Origin: Candidatus Kapaibacterium sp.
GTDB lineage: Bacteria; Bacteroidota; Ignavibacteria; Kapaibacteriales; NICIL-2
Length of the DNA: 37,893 nt
Reading direction: 5' to 3'
NCBI GenBank assembly: GCA_016788605.1
Contig: JAEUSO010000002.1
Location: 1-37,893 of the forward strand
Shown here: piece after piece, positions 8,412 to 18,435 of the stretch
How positions within the stretch are numbered: position 1 is the stretch's first letter
Layout of the letters: each line of letters starts with the position of its first letter
Made by a program: the position numbers and the translations under genes
The notes under the pieces: generated by a model
Seen by the model: the letters and a program-made list of their open reading frames with translations, nothing else
The model's database searches: none
What the model was told of the DNA's origin: nothing

Positions 8412-10319
8412 ATGTTTTCTATGTTCAAACCGAGATTCATCTTTACCATTATTCTCATCATTCCGGCATTCACATTCATAGTGGCAATGCGCTCACTCGG
8501 TTCGCCGGAAAGTCAAGCTGTTCAACAAACTCGGGCGGACTATTCGCGCTATGCTGATTCGCTGACGAACTCGTTGCTCCGTTTGGAACAGATGTTACGT
8601 ACATCACAAGCAACCGAAGGCAAAACTGCATATCATCGCCGCTCGCTTCAGGCATTCACCGCCGTGCGCGACTGGTACAAGCATATCGAATGGCTTCATA
8701 GTTATCTTGACCCCGATGATGCGAAGAATTTTAACGGTTCACCACTTCCCAAACTCGACGAACACATTCCTGCGGTTGTTGTCATCGAGCCGCAAGGACT
8801 GCAAACGATAGAAGAAAAATTATCCGCAACATCATGGCTGCATTCCAAAGAAGAGCGTGATAGCATACTGCGACTTTTGGAACTTGCACGGTCGGATGCC
8901 AATGATATTCGGGGATTGTTACACGACCGCACGATTACCGACAGGCAACTTCTTGAAGCTGCTCGCTATAACATCCTCCGTATCATAACACTTGGCATAA
9001 CCGGATTCGACTCTCCGGCACTTGGGCGCAGTTTGCAAGAATGTGTGATTTCATGGCGGCAGTCGCGGAACGTGTTACAGTTGTACCATTCGTTTTTTGT
9101 GCGGCACGATTCAAGTTCCGCCAAGCGGCTCTCTGCGCTGCTTGCATCGGGCGAAATGTATTTGATGCAGCATCAGGAGTTCGACCGTTTCGACAGGTGG
9201 GAGTTCATCCGCACGTATGCCAATCCTGTCTATGCAGCGATTCTTGATGTTCATACTGCATCGGGTATTGAATTCGATACTGAAGTATCAGGTGTGAACC
9301 GACCGGTGAACTACAAGGCGCGAACTATATTTCAAACCAACGCACTTAACCCGCTTGGTTATGCACGTAGCAAGTACGAAACCCATACCGCCGAACAGAT
9401 TACCGTAGGCAAAACACTGTTCTACGATCCCGTCCTTTCGCGGAATCAAACAATGTCCTGTGCGTCGTGCCATCAGCCCGACCGTGCATTTACCGACGGT
9501 GTGGCAAAGAGTGCGGGGTCGCGCCCAGGCACTACAGTCGAGCGCAATGCACCCACACTCATTAACTCGGCATTCGCTACTAAGTATTTCTACGATCAGC
9601 GCACAGATTTTCTTGAAGAACAAATTGAGCATGTCATCTCTAACGACCTTGAATTCCATACAAGCTATATAGAGATTGCAACCAAACTCGGCAAGAGCGA
9701 AGAATACCGCCGTCTGTTTGCTGCGGCGTATGGTGCCGCCGGGCAGATCAGTGCCGGCATGATTTCCTCCGCACTCTCTGCGTACGTCCGCTCATTGGTG
9801 GCAATGGACTCGCCGGTTGATAAAGCACTGCGCGGCGAACCAACACCATTGCATGGCACACAGTTAAACGCGGTAAAGCGAGGGTTCAACCTGTTTATGG
9901 GAAAAGCTGCCTGTGGAACGTGTCACTTCCCGCCCACATACTCGGGACTTGTGCCACCGTTTTACACTGACACCGAATCGGAAGTGCTTGGTGTTCTGCG
10001 TACACCTTCATCAAAAACGATTGATCCTGATCTAGGCAAAGCAGGCGTGTATAAGTATCGGTCGAATATCTACCGGCATTCATTCAAAACAAGCACTGTT
10101 CGGAATGTACTGCACACTGCTCCCTATATGCACAACGGTGCGTACCCAACATTGGAACACGTCATGGAATTCTATAATAACGGCGGCGGTGCAGGTATCG
10201 GGGTTTCCGTACCACATCAAACACTCCCACCCGAGAAGTTGCACTTACGTAAAAGCGAGATTACCGACCTGATACACTTCATGAAAGCACTGACGGATTT
10301 ACCATCGGCGGGATATTGA
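8412..10319 (+). CDS. Di-haem cytochrome c peroxidase family protein (CCP/MauG-like) with ~330-aa N-terminal extension
   Basis: Two haem c motifs are present, CASCHQPDRAFTDG and CGTCHFPP. The distal-ligand region is APYMHNGAYPTLEHVMEFYNNGGG. Start chosen at ATG 8412 (MFSMFKPRFIFTIILIIPAFTFIVA, a signal/anchor) rather than 8238. Confidence 0.9.
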   Translation: MFSMFKPRFIFTIILIIPAFTFIVAMRSLGSPESQAVQQTRADYSRYADSLTNSLLRLEQMLRTSQATEGKTAYHRRSLQAFTAVRDWYKHIEWLHSYLDPDDAKNFNGSPLPKLDEHIPAVVVIEPQGLQTIEEKLSATSWLHSKEERDSILRLLELARSDANDIRGLLHDRTITDRQLLEAARYNILRIITLGITGFDSPALGRSLQECVISWRQSRNVLQLYHSFFVRHDSSSAKRLSALLASGEMYLMQHQEFDRFDRWEFIRTYANPVYAAILDVHTASGIEFDTEVSGVNRPVNYKARTIFQTNALNPLGYARSKYETHTAEQITVGKTLFYDPVLSRNQTMSCASCHQPDRAFTDGVAKSAGSRPGTTVERNAPTLINSAFATKYFYDQRTDFLEEQIEHVISNDLEFHTSYIEIATKLGKSEEYRRLFAAAYGAAGQISAGMISSALSAYVRSLVAMDSPVDKALRGEPTPLHGTQLNAVKRGFNLFMGKAACGTCHFPPTYSGLVPPFYTDTESEVLGVLRTPSSKTIDPDLGKAGVYKYRSNIYRHSFKTSTVRNVLHTAPYMHNGAYPTLEHVMEFYNNGGGAGIGVSVPHQTLPPEKLHLRKSEITDLIHFMKALTDLPSAGY

Positions 10320-10408
10320 ATACCGGATCACATGAGTTTTAATTCAATGCTCTTAACTCGTGAAATGTAGAGATGATATTGGCTGCGAAATAAAGTACAT
10401 AAAGCAAT

Positions 10409-10443
10409 AAAAAAACGGCGGAGCATATTCATACACTCCGCCG
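10409..10443 (-). terminator. Rho-independent terminator of the YccA-like gene (minus strand)
   Basis: On the minus strand the stem is cggcggag / ctccgccg (10416-10423, 10436-10443), followed by a T7 run (plus-strand A-run 10409-10415). Confidence 0.75.
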
Positions 10444-10478
10444 TACATCACATATTGCTAATAGTGATTATGCGTTGT

Positions 10479-11186
10479 CTAGTTCCTTCTGCCGCCCAAT
10501 AAGCGAAGCAGGAAAAGAAACAGGTTGATGAAATCAAGATAGAGTTCAAGCGCGCCGATGATAGCCGCCTTGGAGGCAAGTTCCGAACCGCTTGTTTCGA
10601 CCACAGCCATTTCCTTAATCTTCTGGGTATCGTAGGCGGTAAGCCCCACAAAAACAAACACACCGATAAGCGACACGGCAAACGAGAGTGCGGAACTTCC
10701 TAAAAACCAATTCACCACCGACGCAAGGATGATTCCGATAACGCCCATCATCAGGAAACTGCCCCATCCGCTAAGGTCGCGCTTGGTGAAATACCCATAC
10801 GCACTCATTGCAGCGAACATTCCCGCCGCAACAAGAAACGTGCTCATGATGGAATCCAATGTGTACACAAAAAATATGATGCTGAACGTAACGCCGCTTA
10901 ACGCAGAATAAACAAGGAAAAGCACCGTTGCAGCGGTTGACGAGAGCGAATTGATGCGGGCGGAGAGATACCAGACCAAACCTATGTTGGCAAGGGCGAA
11001 TATCCAGCGGTACGAAAGCAACCCGTAACCGACCGACGATGAAACAACGGCAAACGCCACGACTGCGGTTGTAAGCAAGCCGCCGAACATCCACGCATAT
11101 ACTTTTTGTAAAAACGTCCGTTGGATGTCGAGTGCCGCGCCGTCGTTATTCATGGCATTGACAAGGCGTTCGATATTTGTACTCAT
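10479..11186 (-). CDS. BAX inhibitor-1 / YccA family membrane protein
   Basis: FLQKVYAWMFGGLLTTAVVAF, seven hydrophobic segments, and TKRDLSGWGSFLMMGVIGII...GLTAYDTQKIKE are typical of the family. Start chosen at ATG 11186 (MSTNIERL). Confidence 0.9.
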   Translation of the reverse strand: MSTNIERLVNAMNNDGAALDIQRTFLQKVYAWMFGGLLTTAVVAFAVVSSSVGYGLLSYRWIFALANIGLVWYLSARINSLSSTAATVLFLVYSALSGVTFSIIFFVYTLDSIMSTFLVAAGMFAAMSAYGYFTKRDLSGWGSFLMMGVIGIILASVVNWFLGSSALSFAVSLIGVFVFVGLTAYDTQKIKEMAVVETSGSELASKAAIIGALELYLDFINLFLFLLRLLGGRRN

Positions 11187-11352
11187 GGTTTTGTGTGAAC
11201 TACGGTGAAACAATACTGATGTATGCAATGATACGGCGCAATCAGACGATAACACGCCGCGTGATATTTCAAGAGGCAGGGAAGGTGACGGCTCGCAGGG
11301 CGGTTTCTCTATAACAATCTTACAATTTCAGTATATCAAGTACCGCTACTCC

Positions 11353-12411
11353 CTACCCGTTCCTATACGCTTGCACCACACGGTGCAGACCTGCTTCGAG
11401 CGGGATGCTTGCCGTCCAGCCGAGTGCAGCCGCCTTGCGAACGTCCAAGAGTTTTTTCGGTGTGCCGTCGGGCTTGCTTGCATCAAAGAGTAGAGTGCCG
11501 TCGTAGCCGGTGCTTCGGGCAATCATTGCGGCAAGTTCGGCAATGCTCACGTCCGTGCCTGTGCCGATATTCACCACCTCGCCTGCTTCGCGGGCACTGA
11601 CGCGGCGCATAAAGTGCAGTGCGGCGGCGGCGACATCGTCGGCATGGAGGAACTCGCGGAACACCGTGCCTGTACCCCAGAGTGTAAGGGAGTCGGGCGT
11701 TATGCCAAAGCGGGAAAGGATGGCGCTCAATCCGTCGTTGCTTTCGTCGGTGGCGGTGCCGGTGCCGAATCCGAGCGGACGGGATTGCAGGTCGCGGCGG
11801 ATATCGTCGAAACGGGATTCGCGCAGCAACTTGGCAAGCCGCATCTTCCGCACCAGCGCGGGCAACACGTGGGATGTTTCCAAATTGTAATTGTCGTTCT
11901 CGCCGTAGAGGTTTGTCGGCATCAGCGAAAGGTAGTCCGTGCCATATTGTGCATTGAACGACGAGCAGAGTTTGATTGCGGCAATCTTGGCTATGGCATA
12001 CGGCTCGTTGGTTGCTTCAAGCGCGCCGGTGAGTAAGGCATCCTCGTTGATTGGTTGCGCTGCAAACTTCGGGTAGATGCACGACGAACCGAGGTTCACA
12101 AGTTTGTTCACTCCGGAGGCGTGCGCTGCGCGGATCACGTTCGCAGCAATCATGATATTATCGTAGATGAACTCCGCCTTATAGGTATTGTTGGCGTGGA
12201 TGCCGCCCACCTTTGCAGCCGCAAGAAACACGTACGCGGGTCGTGTGTGGGCAAAGAAGTCCTCGGTCTGTTGTTGGTTGCGAAGATCCACGTCGCTTTT
12301 GGCGGCGGTGACGATATTCGTGAATCCCTCGCGCAGCAGCAGGCGGTGAATCGCGCTGCCCACCATACCCCGGTGTCCCGCAATGAAAATGCTATCTGTA
12401 GTTTCTATCAT
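11353..12411 (-). CDS. fcl: GDP-L-fucose synthase (GDP-4-keto-6-deoxymannose 3,5-epimerase/4-reductase)
   Basis: Motifs are IFIAGHRGMVGSAI (Rossmann), AAAKVGGIHANNTY.AEFIYDN, LGSSCIYPK and NEPYAIAKIA (catalytic S..YxxxK). Start chosen at ATG 12411 (MIETTDS). Confidence 0.9.
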   Translation of the reverse strand: MIETTDSIFIAGHRGMVGSAIHRLLLREGFTNIVTAAKSDVDLRNQQQTEDFFAHTRPAYVFLAAAKVGGIHANNTYKAEFIYDNIMIAANVIRAAHASGVNKLVNLGSSCIYPKFAAQPINEDALLTGALEATNEPYAIAKIAAIKLCSSFNAQYGTDYLSLMPTNLYGENDNYNLETSHVLPALVRKMRLAKLLRESRFDDIRRDLQSRPLGFGTGTATDESNDGLSAILSRFGITPDSLTLWGTGTVFREFLHADDVAAAALHFMRRVSAREAGEVVNIGTGTDVSIAELAAMIARSTGYDGTLLFDASKPDGTPKKLLDVRKAAALGWTASIPLEAGLHRVVQAYRNG

Positions 12412-12573
12412 GTCCGTGCTATGCTGATGTTTCTGCGAAGATAGCGGGTTGCCGCCGTATTGATGCGCTTTGTACGTGGCTGTGTTGCCCAATGCCGTAC
12501 AAGCGTTAATTTCACGCCGCATCTGTTGGAGTATTTCTCCGCATCAGGTATAACCTACTCACCCGCCCAAGTT

Positions 12574-13734
12574 ATGGAATTGCTCATCATTGTTCTGAAA
12601 AACGCTTTGCGCCATAAGCTGCGCACCACACTCACTATAATCGGAGTGGCGGTTGCCGTCATGGCGTTCGGATTGCTGCAAACGGTTGTCACAGCATGGG
12701 GCGCAGGTGTGGATGGCGCAGGTGCAAACCGGCTTATCACCCGTCAGGCGGTTTCGTTTATCTTTCCGCTTCCCTATGCCTATAAGGACAGGATTCGTGC
12801 AGTGAACGGTGTGCAAGGTGTAACGTGGTTCAACTGGTTTGGCGGTGTGTATAAAGACAAAAGTCAGTTCTTCGCCCGCATCGCTTGCGACCCCGAAACG
12901 CTCTTCGATGTCTATCCCGATTACGTCGTCGGCAGCGATGTCAAGCAAGCGTTCACAAGCCAACGCAACTCGTGTTTAATCGGCGAGCAGCTTGCAGGCA
13001 GGTTCAACTTGAAGGTCGGCGATATTATGCAACTCGAAGGTGACATTTATCCCGGAACATGGCAGTTTGTGATTGCCGGTATTTACAAGCCCCGCGATAA
13101 AAATGTGGATGCATCGCAAATGTTTTTTCATTGGACGTATTTGGATGAGCGGCTTCGCAAGGACGACCCGACACGTGCGGGGAATATCGGCTGGTTTTCC
13201 GTCAGCGCAAAGAGTATTGACGACATGCCCAATCTTGCAGCGCGTATTGACGCACTCTTTGCCAACTCGCCCGCCGAGACAAAATCGGAATCCGAGCGTG
13301 CGTTTCAGCAAGGGTTCTTGCAAGCGTCGGGTGTGATTGTCACCGCAATTCACATCATGTCGTTTGTGATTATCGGCATCATCATGCTTGTGCTATGCAA
13401 TACGATGATCATGTCCGCCCGCGAACGCACCCGCGAATACGCCGTCCTGAAAACGCTCGGCTTCCGGTCGGAGCATTTGGTGCTGTTTATATCCGGCGAG
13501 GCGATGATAATCAGTATCCTCGGAGCTGCGCTTGGCGTACCGATATTGATTATGATGGTCAGTGTGTTCGAGCAAGCAATGCCCAAGGGATTCTTTCCGG
13601 TGTTTTATGTTGCGCCCGCCACCTACGCATTGGCAATCGGCGCGGCATTGATGGTTGGTGTGATTGCTGCGATATTCCCCATTCACCGCGCACTCCGCAC
13701 CCGCATTGTGGACGGTTTACGCTTTGCGGGATAA
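12574..13734 (+). CDS. ABC-transporter permease, FtsX/MacB-like (no ATPase partner in window)
   Basis: The N-terminus is LKNALRHKLRTTLTIIGVAVAVMAFGLL. A large periplasmic loop is followed by three C-terminal TM segments with MSARERTREYAVLKTLGF. Start chosen at ATG 12574. Confidence 0.85.
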   Translation: MELLIIVLKNALRHKLRTTLTIIGVAVAVMAFGLLQTVVTAWGAGVDGAGANRLITRQAVSFIFPLPYAYKDRIRAVNGVQGVTWFNWFGGVYKDKSQFFARIACDPETLFDVYPDYVVGSDVKQAFTSQRNSCLIGEQLAGRFNLKVGDIMQLEGDIYPGTWQFVIAGIYKPRDKNVDASQMFFHWTYLDERLRKDDPTRAGNIGWFSVSAKSIDDMPNLAARIDALFANSPAETKSESERAFQQGFLQASGVIVTAIHIMSFVIIGIIMLVLCNTMIMSARERTREYAVLKTLGFRSEHLVLFISGEAMIISILGAALGVPILIMMVSVFEQAMPKGFFPVFYVAPATYALAIGAALMVGVIAAIFPIHRALRTRIVDGLRFAG

Positions 13735-13812
13735 GCCGCCCGCCGCCGCTTCGCCAATTCTTTCGACACTCATCCGTTGAAGCACGGTATGTGTAATTCA
13801 TACTACTCTCCG

Positions 13813-14502
13813 ATGACGCTTCGCCTTGCAGGAATTGTATTCGCACTTTGTTCTGTCTTTATAGCATGCGCGCAACCCGCCGGCAAAGACGGCGCATCGA
13901 AAAACGTACCGGTGTTGAAACCGGCATCACCATCACCGCAATCACAAACTCAACAACGAATGGCAACACTCGACACCGCCACATTTGGCGCAGGATGCTT
14001 CTGGTGTGTGGAAGCAGTATTTCAATTACTCGACGGCGTTCGCTCGGTCGAGTCGGGCTACATGGGCGGCACGGTGGATAATCCCACCTACAAGCAGGTC
14101 TGCACCGGAACAACCGGTCATGCCGAAGTATGCCGCATCACGTACGACCCGTCGGTTATCACCTACGACGAATTGCTCCGCGCATTCTGGACAACACACG
14201 ACCCCACCACACTGAACAGGCAAGGCAACGACGCGGGAACACAATACCGCTCGGCGGTCTTTTACCATAGCGACGCACAGCGCGCCACAGCCGAACGCTA
14301 CAAAAAGGAATTGGACGCAGCCAAAGTTTGGAGCGACCCCATCGTTACAGAAATCACGGCGGCATCGGTGTTTTATGTAGCCGAGGACTACCACCAGAAC
14401 TACTACAACGGCAACGGCTCGCAGCCCTACTGCGCGTTTGTCATCCGCCCTAAAGTGGAGAAGTTCGAGAAGGTGTTTGCCGACAAACTAAAGAAGAGAT
14501 AG
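13813..14502 (+). CDS. msrA: Peptide-methionine (S)-S-oxide reductase MsrA with lipoprotein-type signal peptide
   Basis: Motifs are ATFGAGCFWCVEAVF, GYMGG..DNPTYKQVCTGTTGHAEV and YRSAVFYH. The N-terminus MTLRLAGIVFALCSVFIAC has a lipobox-like FIAC. Confidence 0.92.
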   Translation: MTLRLAGIVFALCSVFIACAQPAGKDGASKNVPVLKPASPSPQSQTQQRMATLDTATFGAGCFWCVEAVFQLLDGVRSVESGYMGGTVDNPTYKQVCTGTTGHAEVCRITYDPSVITYDELLRAFWTTHDPTTLNRQGNDAGTQYRSAVFYHSDAQRATAERYKKELDAAKVWSDPIVTEITAASVFYVAEDYHQNYYNGNGSQPYCAFVIRPKVEKFEKVFADKLKKR

Positions 14503-14529
14503 AACGTATAATGTAGTGATATGTGCGCC

Positions 14530-14561
14530 CGCCCGTGAAACTTTTCCGTCGGGCGTTTTTT
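14530..14561 (+). terminator. Rho-independent terminator after msrA
   Basis: Stem cgcccg / cgggcg (14530-14535, 14550-14555) followed by T6 (14556-14561). The stem is short and the loop is 14 nt. Confidence 0.6.
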
Positions 14562-14670
14562 ATTTCCACCGCTGCCCGTAGCTTTGCTGCAAGAGTTCTC
14601 ACCAACACACCACCTCGGCGCATTTCATTTCCCGCGCTTTGGTGGCATAATCATTGTGCTTTAGCATCTC

Positions 14671-16155
14671 ATGGACGAACGCCCGGCACATACACACCGC
14701 AGCAGCCAACTTTTCCGGCTGATATTCCCGCTTGCTTTTGCATCTGCGGCATTTCTGCTGCTCTCGGTTACGTTGTCCGCACAAACAATTCGCATGGTCC
14801 GCACCGATGTTGATTCGGGTCGCTCGTCGTTTATCACCGCCACGCAAATGTTCGGCGTTGATATTGTGCTTGATAGCGTGACAAACGTTACGGGTGTGAG
14901 TTTCCAACTGCGCTACAACAACGCCAACGTGGTAACGTACTCGAACTATAAGGCACGCGACTTAGGGCGCGAAGGTGCTTTTGTCTATGACCTATCGGAT
15001 CCTGTGGCGGGAACAGGAAAAATCATTGTCGGTATGCTGTCCGGTCGCCCTATCACCGACGAAGGATTCAACAACCCCCGCGCATTGCATCTTGACTTTG
15101 TTGTCCGCCCAAGCGCAAAGAATAACGACATCGTGACGTTCACCTTTCTGAATGCCGAGGCAACATCAAGCGACAGCGGCGGGCGACTCGTGCCGCTAAC
15201 AAGCATTAACTATCAAGTGAACATCCACGGTTTTGTGAATGTGTTTCCGGGCGATGCCAATAACGACGGCAAAGTGGATGAACGAGATTTCAATGCAACG
15301 GGATTATACTCCGGTCAAGGGTCGGGCTTAAGTAATGTGCGTGGCTACCGACGCGAACCCGCAAGTACGTTTTGGAAACCGCAACCCGCCTTGGTGTGGG
15401 ATAGCGCGGGCGCAACCTACGCTGATTGCGACGGCAGTGGTGACGTAACGCTCTCAGACGGACTTGTTGTACGAATCAACTTAGACAGTTTGCATTCGGG
15501 AATCATGCCGGGCGACGAAGACCCTGTTGGCATCCGAACACCTGTTGCCTATCCCGAACAGTCGGTGCGTGTTCCGCTCACCTTCACCTCGTCCCGTGCG
15601 GTGAATGGCATAGCGCTGCGCGTCCGTACACACGGAGGTCGGTTGCTTGGCTGCACACCTGCGGCAGGAGTGGAATTGAATCATTGCGGACGAGCCGGAT
15701 TAGCAGAAGAACAAGCCACCGGAACAAACGACTATATTCTCATACTTGGACCTGTTGCACGAAACACCAACCAACAGATTGGTTCAGCCGGCTGGCTTAT
15801 CGCCGAAAACGCCGCGACGCAGATAGAGATTATCGAATCATTCGGCTCGACGCTCGACCATTCGTTCTTCCCTCTCGGCGGTATTACAACTGTCGAGAGC
15901 GGCGATGCAACACCGGGCATTCGCATTAGTCCCAACCCTGCATCCGAGTATCTGCACATCCATCTGCCTGATGCCATCGTACAATATGGTCACACTCTTA
16001 TCATTCGCTCAATGCTTGGCGAAGAGGTCTATTCCACACAACTTCATGCAGCCGACACCATGATACCTGTTGCCACACTTGGCGCAGGTATGTACTCCGC
16101 CACGGTACGTACACCCGCATCGAATATCTCGCTTCCTTTTGTTATCGTCCGCTGA
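14671..16155 (+). CDS. Secreted cohesin-like / dockerin-like repeat protein with T9SS C-terminal sorting domain
   Basis: A signal peptide is present (..FASAAFLLLSVTLSAQ). Dockerin/EF-hand-like motifs are GDANNDGKVDERDF and DCDGSGDVTLSDGLVV. The CTD is ISPNPASEYLHIHL...GMYSATVRT...FVIVR. Confidence 0.8.
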   Translation: MDERPAHTHRSSQLFRLIFPLAFASAAFLLLSVTLSAQTIRMVRTDVDSGRSSFITATQMFGVDIVLDSVTNVTGVSFQLRYNNANVVTYSNYKARDLGREGAFVYDLSDPVAGTGKIIVGMLSGRPITDEGFNNPRALHLDFVVRPSAKNNDIVTFTFLNAEATSSDSGGRLVPLTSINYQVNIHGFVNVFPGDANNDGKVDERDFNATGLYSGQGSGLSNVRGYRREPASTFWKPQPALVWDSAGATYADCDGSGDVTLSDGLVVRINLDSLHSGIMPGDEDPVGIRTPVAYPEQSVRVPLTFTSSRAVNGIALRVRTHGGRLLGCTPAAGVELNHCGRAGLAEEQATGTNDYILILGPVARNTNQQIGSAGWLIAENAATQIEIIESFGSTLDHSFFPLGGITTVESGDATPGIRISPNPASEYLHIHLPDAIVQYGHTLIIRSMLGEEVYSTQLHAADTMIPVATLGAGMYSATVRTPASNISLPFVIVR

Positions 16156-16266
16156 TTCAGCCATAGTATTTCAATCCATTGCGGTGGTATGGACATGACT
16201 CCGTAGAATCACGTAATTTCATTCTCATCGGTAGTTTTCGGGATGCCTTGCCAACAGACCCGCTTC

Positions 16267-16274
16267 TAACTTTG
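16267..16274 (+). promoter_or_regulatory. Candidate -7 promoter box TAACTTTG (FCB-type TAnnTTTG) upstream of the BNR-repeat gene
   Basis: An exact TAnnTTTG match lies ~100 nt upstream of ATG 16373, with a TTG at 16248-16250. Position only, with no experimental support. Confidence 0.3.
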
Positions 16275-16372
16275 CACAGGAGCAATCCGCATCAACCGCA
16301 TAACTAGCGGTTCGGGTGTGCGCTCTATCACAGAATGCAAACAACTATGTCTCATCACAATACAACACCTGT

Positions 16373-17608
16373 ATGATAACCTCTCTCCTTCGTTCGGCGG
16401 CACTCATGCTTGCCGTGGCAACCGTTGCCGCATCGGCGCAATGGCAGCTTGTGAACACGCCCTTTACACTGCGTGATCTCAGTGCCTCGACCACACGGTT
16501 GGAAGCACCGATTAACTCGCTCTCGCTGACTAACCTCAATAATACTACTACACTGTGGGGCGCAGGGAAAACCAATCTGTTCCGTACCAGAAACGGTGCA
16601 CAATCGTGGGATAGCGCGGGATTGAAAACGGCAAACTTTATCCGTGTCGTGCAGCGCGGCTCGACGCTCTTTACGTTAGCAAAAACAAGCGCGGGGACAA
16701 TGGTGTATTCCTCGACCGACGGACAGATTTGGGTAACAACATTGGGGCAAGTCACCGACGATGAACTGACAGACATCACCTCGAACGGTCGTGTGATTAT
16801 GATTGCGGGTAAAACCAAAGGACTCTACAAGAGCGATAACAACGGCGACACATGGCGTTTCGTTGACGTGGCGCAAAACTGCACCATGCTGCGCTCCATC
16901 GGTTCAACCATTTATGCCGGAACAACCGAGGGCTACCTTTTCCGCTCGAGCGACGACGGCGGCACGTGGGAGAATCTGGGCTGCACTTGCGCGAATATCA
17001 CATGCATCACCACCGTAGGCAATAGCATCGTGGTTGGAACTCCGGCGGGCGTATGCCTTACCACCAACGGCGGCGAAACATGGCTGCACCGTAACAATAA
17101 CCTTTTTGCACAGCATATCACCGCACTCGTGCAAGCGGGTGACTGGCTGTATGCAGCATCGGCGGGACAAGGCGTATGGCGCACCCTTGCCGTAGGCAGC
17201 AACCGCATCAATCAGTGGCAACCCTTCAATAGCAGCTTGGGCAACCTGATGGTATCGGACATGGTGCTTGCAGGTAACACGCTTTGGGCTGGCACACAAA
17301 ACGGAATCTATACGTTCAACCTCGGCTTTACGGTATCGGTCGAGGATGAGCAAAGCGACGCACTGAGCATTGCGCCCAACCCTGCAACCGACGCAGCGGT
17401 TATGAGCATCAGCACCGAGAGCGCAAGCACAGGCAGTATCAGTATCACCGATATTTCGGGCACAACGGTTCACACACAAAGCATCACATCCGCTGAGGGC
17501 GTGAACAGCTTCACACTCCCTGTAGCGCAACTCTCAAGCGGAATGTATGTGGCGCGCATCACCCTTGGTGCAACAACAGCCGTCCGCCGGTTTGTCGTAG
17601 CGCGCTAA
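16373..17608 (+). CDS. BNR/Asp-box repeat beta-propeller protein with T9SS C-terminal sorting domain
   Basis: Asp-box-like motifs are SDNNGDTW, SSDDGGTW, TTNGGETW, TRNGAQSW and STDGQIW. The signal peptide is MITSLLRSAALMLAVATVAASAQ (ATG 16373). The CTD is IAPNPATDAAVM...GMYVARI...FVVAR. Confidence 0.85.
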   Translation: MITSLLRSAALMLAVATVAASAQWQLVNTPFTLRDLSASTTRLEAPINSLSLTNLNNTTTLWGAGKTNLFRTRNGAQSWDSAGLKTANFIRVVQRGSTLFTLAKTSAGTMVYSSTDGQIWVTTLGQVTDDELTDITSNGRVIMIAGKTKGLYKSDNNGDTWRFVDVAQNCTMLRSIGSTIYAGTTEGYLFRSSDDGGTWENLGCTCANITCITTVGNSIVVGTPAGVCLTTNGGETWLHRNNNLFAQHITALVQAGDWLYAASAGQGVWRTLAVGSNRINQWQPFNSSLGNLMVSDMVLAGNTLWAGTQNGIYTFNLGFTVSVEDEQSDALSIAPNPATDAAVMSISTESASTGSISITDISGTTVHTQSITSAEGVNSFTLPVAQLSSGMYVARITLGATTAVRRFVVAR

Positions 17609-17648
17609 AGTGCAGCCAACTATGGTAGTATCGTTAATAACTACAAGA

Positions 17649-17677
17649 GCCGTTTGTGAAGACAAGCGGCTTTTTTT
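17649..17677 (+). terminator. Rho-independent terminator after the BNR-repeat gene
   Basis: Stem gccgtttgt / acaagcggc (9 bp with one G-T pair), loop gaag, then T7 (17671-17677). Confidence 0.8.
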
Positions 17678-17880
17678 ATATGCCCATCATACGGTGGCAT
17701 GTAGAACTTCCATATTCATCAATGACTATCACATTTTCGGATTCACACCAAACAATGTGCGCTTCATAATTTTTTCCTGAAACTTTCCGCCGTCGCTGTG
17801 CCTCTCCCTCATTATGAAGCAGGCGCACAAGGTTCAACCATGAGTCGTCAGGTGCGGTAGGATTCACAAACAGATGCAGG

Positions 17881-18435
17881 ATGTCGCAACCCGATAGCGG
17901 TGATCAACAGCAACATTTTCTTTCCCTCTTCGAGCCGGTGCGCGAGAGGTTGTGGAGGTATGTGCGAGCCATGACCCGCGCCGACCGTGACACGGTGCAT
18001 GACATCATCGGCGAGACAATTCTGAACGTCTATGGCAGGATGCACACACTCCGAACACCGGAGCATTTTGCGTCATATTGTTTTACCACTGCACGGCGTG
18101 TGTATATGCGGCAGCGACGGCGTGAACGGCTTGCCGCATTGTTTCATTCAACTGCATCGCCTTATGATGTTTCGGATTCCACCCCGCCAGACACGTCGCT
18201 TGAAATAACCATTCTCTACGATGCTCTTGCCACTCTGCCCGCCGCCATGCGCGAGACACTGATTCTCTTCGAGATAAGCGACTGTTCGTTGGAAGACATA
18301 CGGCGCATTCAGGGTGGAACATTATCGGGTGTGAAGTCGCGCTTAGCCCGTGCGCGTAAGCAGGTGGAAGAATGGTACGCCCGCGACGAACGCGCAACAT
18401 TGCATCAACTCCGTACTACTACGACAACACCATGA
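17881..18435 (+). CDS. ECF-type RNA polymerase sigma-70 family factor
   Basis: The region-2-like segment is FEPVRERLWRYVRAMT..DTVHDIIGETILNVY. The region-4 HTH is LPAAMRETLILFEISDCSLEDIRRIQGGTLSGVKSRLARARKQV. Confidence 0.9.
   Translation: MSQPDSGDQQQHFLSLFEPVRERLWRYVRAMTRADRDTVHDIIGETILNVYGRMHTLRTPEHFASYCFTTARRVYMRQRRRERLAALFHSTASPYDVSDSTPPDTSLEITILYDALATLPAAMRETLILFEISDCSLEDIRRIQGGTLSGVKSRLARARKQVEEWYARDERATLHQLRTTTTTP

Noticed and set aside
16904-17530. Long antisense or overlapping ORFs inside GC-rich genes, e.g. 16904..17530, 16345..16818, 11510..12036, 12559..12963, 12976..13353, 30800..31264, 32617..33275, 33360..33755, 27036..27806 and 28372..28908
   Set aside because: They lie entirely within better-supported genes on the other strand or frame. 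They are rich in Arg, Cys and Ala, as expected for off-frame GC-rich DNA.
17676-17867. 63-aa minus-strand ORF between the BNR-gene terminator and the ECF sigma gene
   Set aside because: No motif is recognised. Its start lies only 13 nt from the divergent sigma start, and its stop overlaps the terminator T-run. It could be real because the region is locally AT-richer, but it is unsupported.
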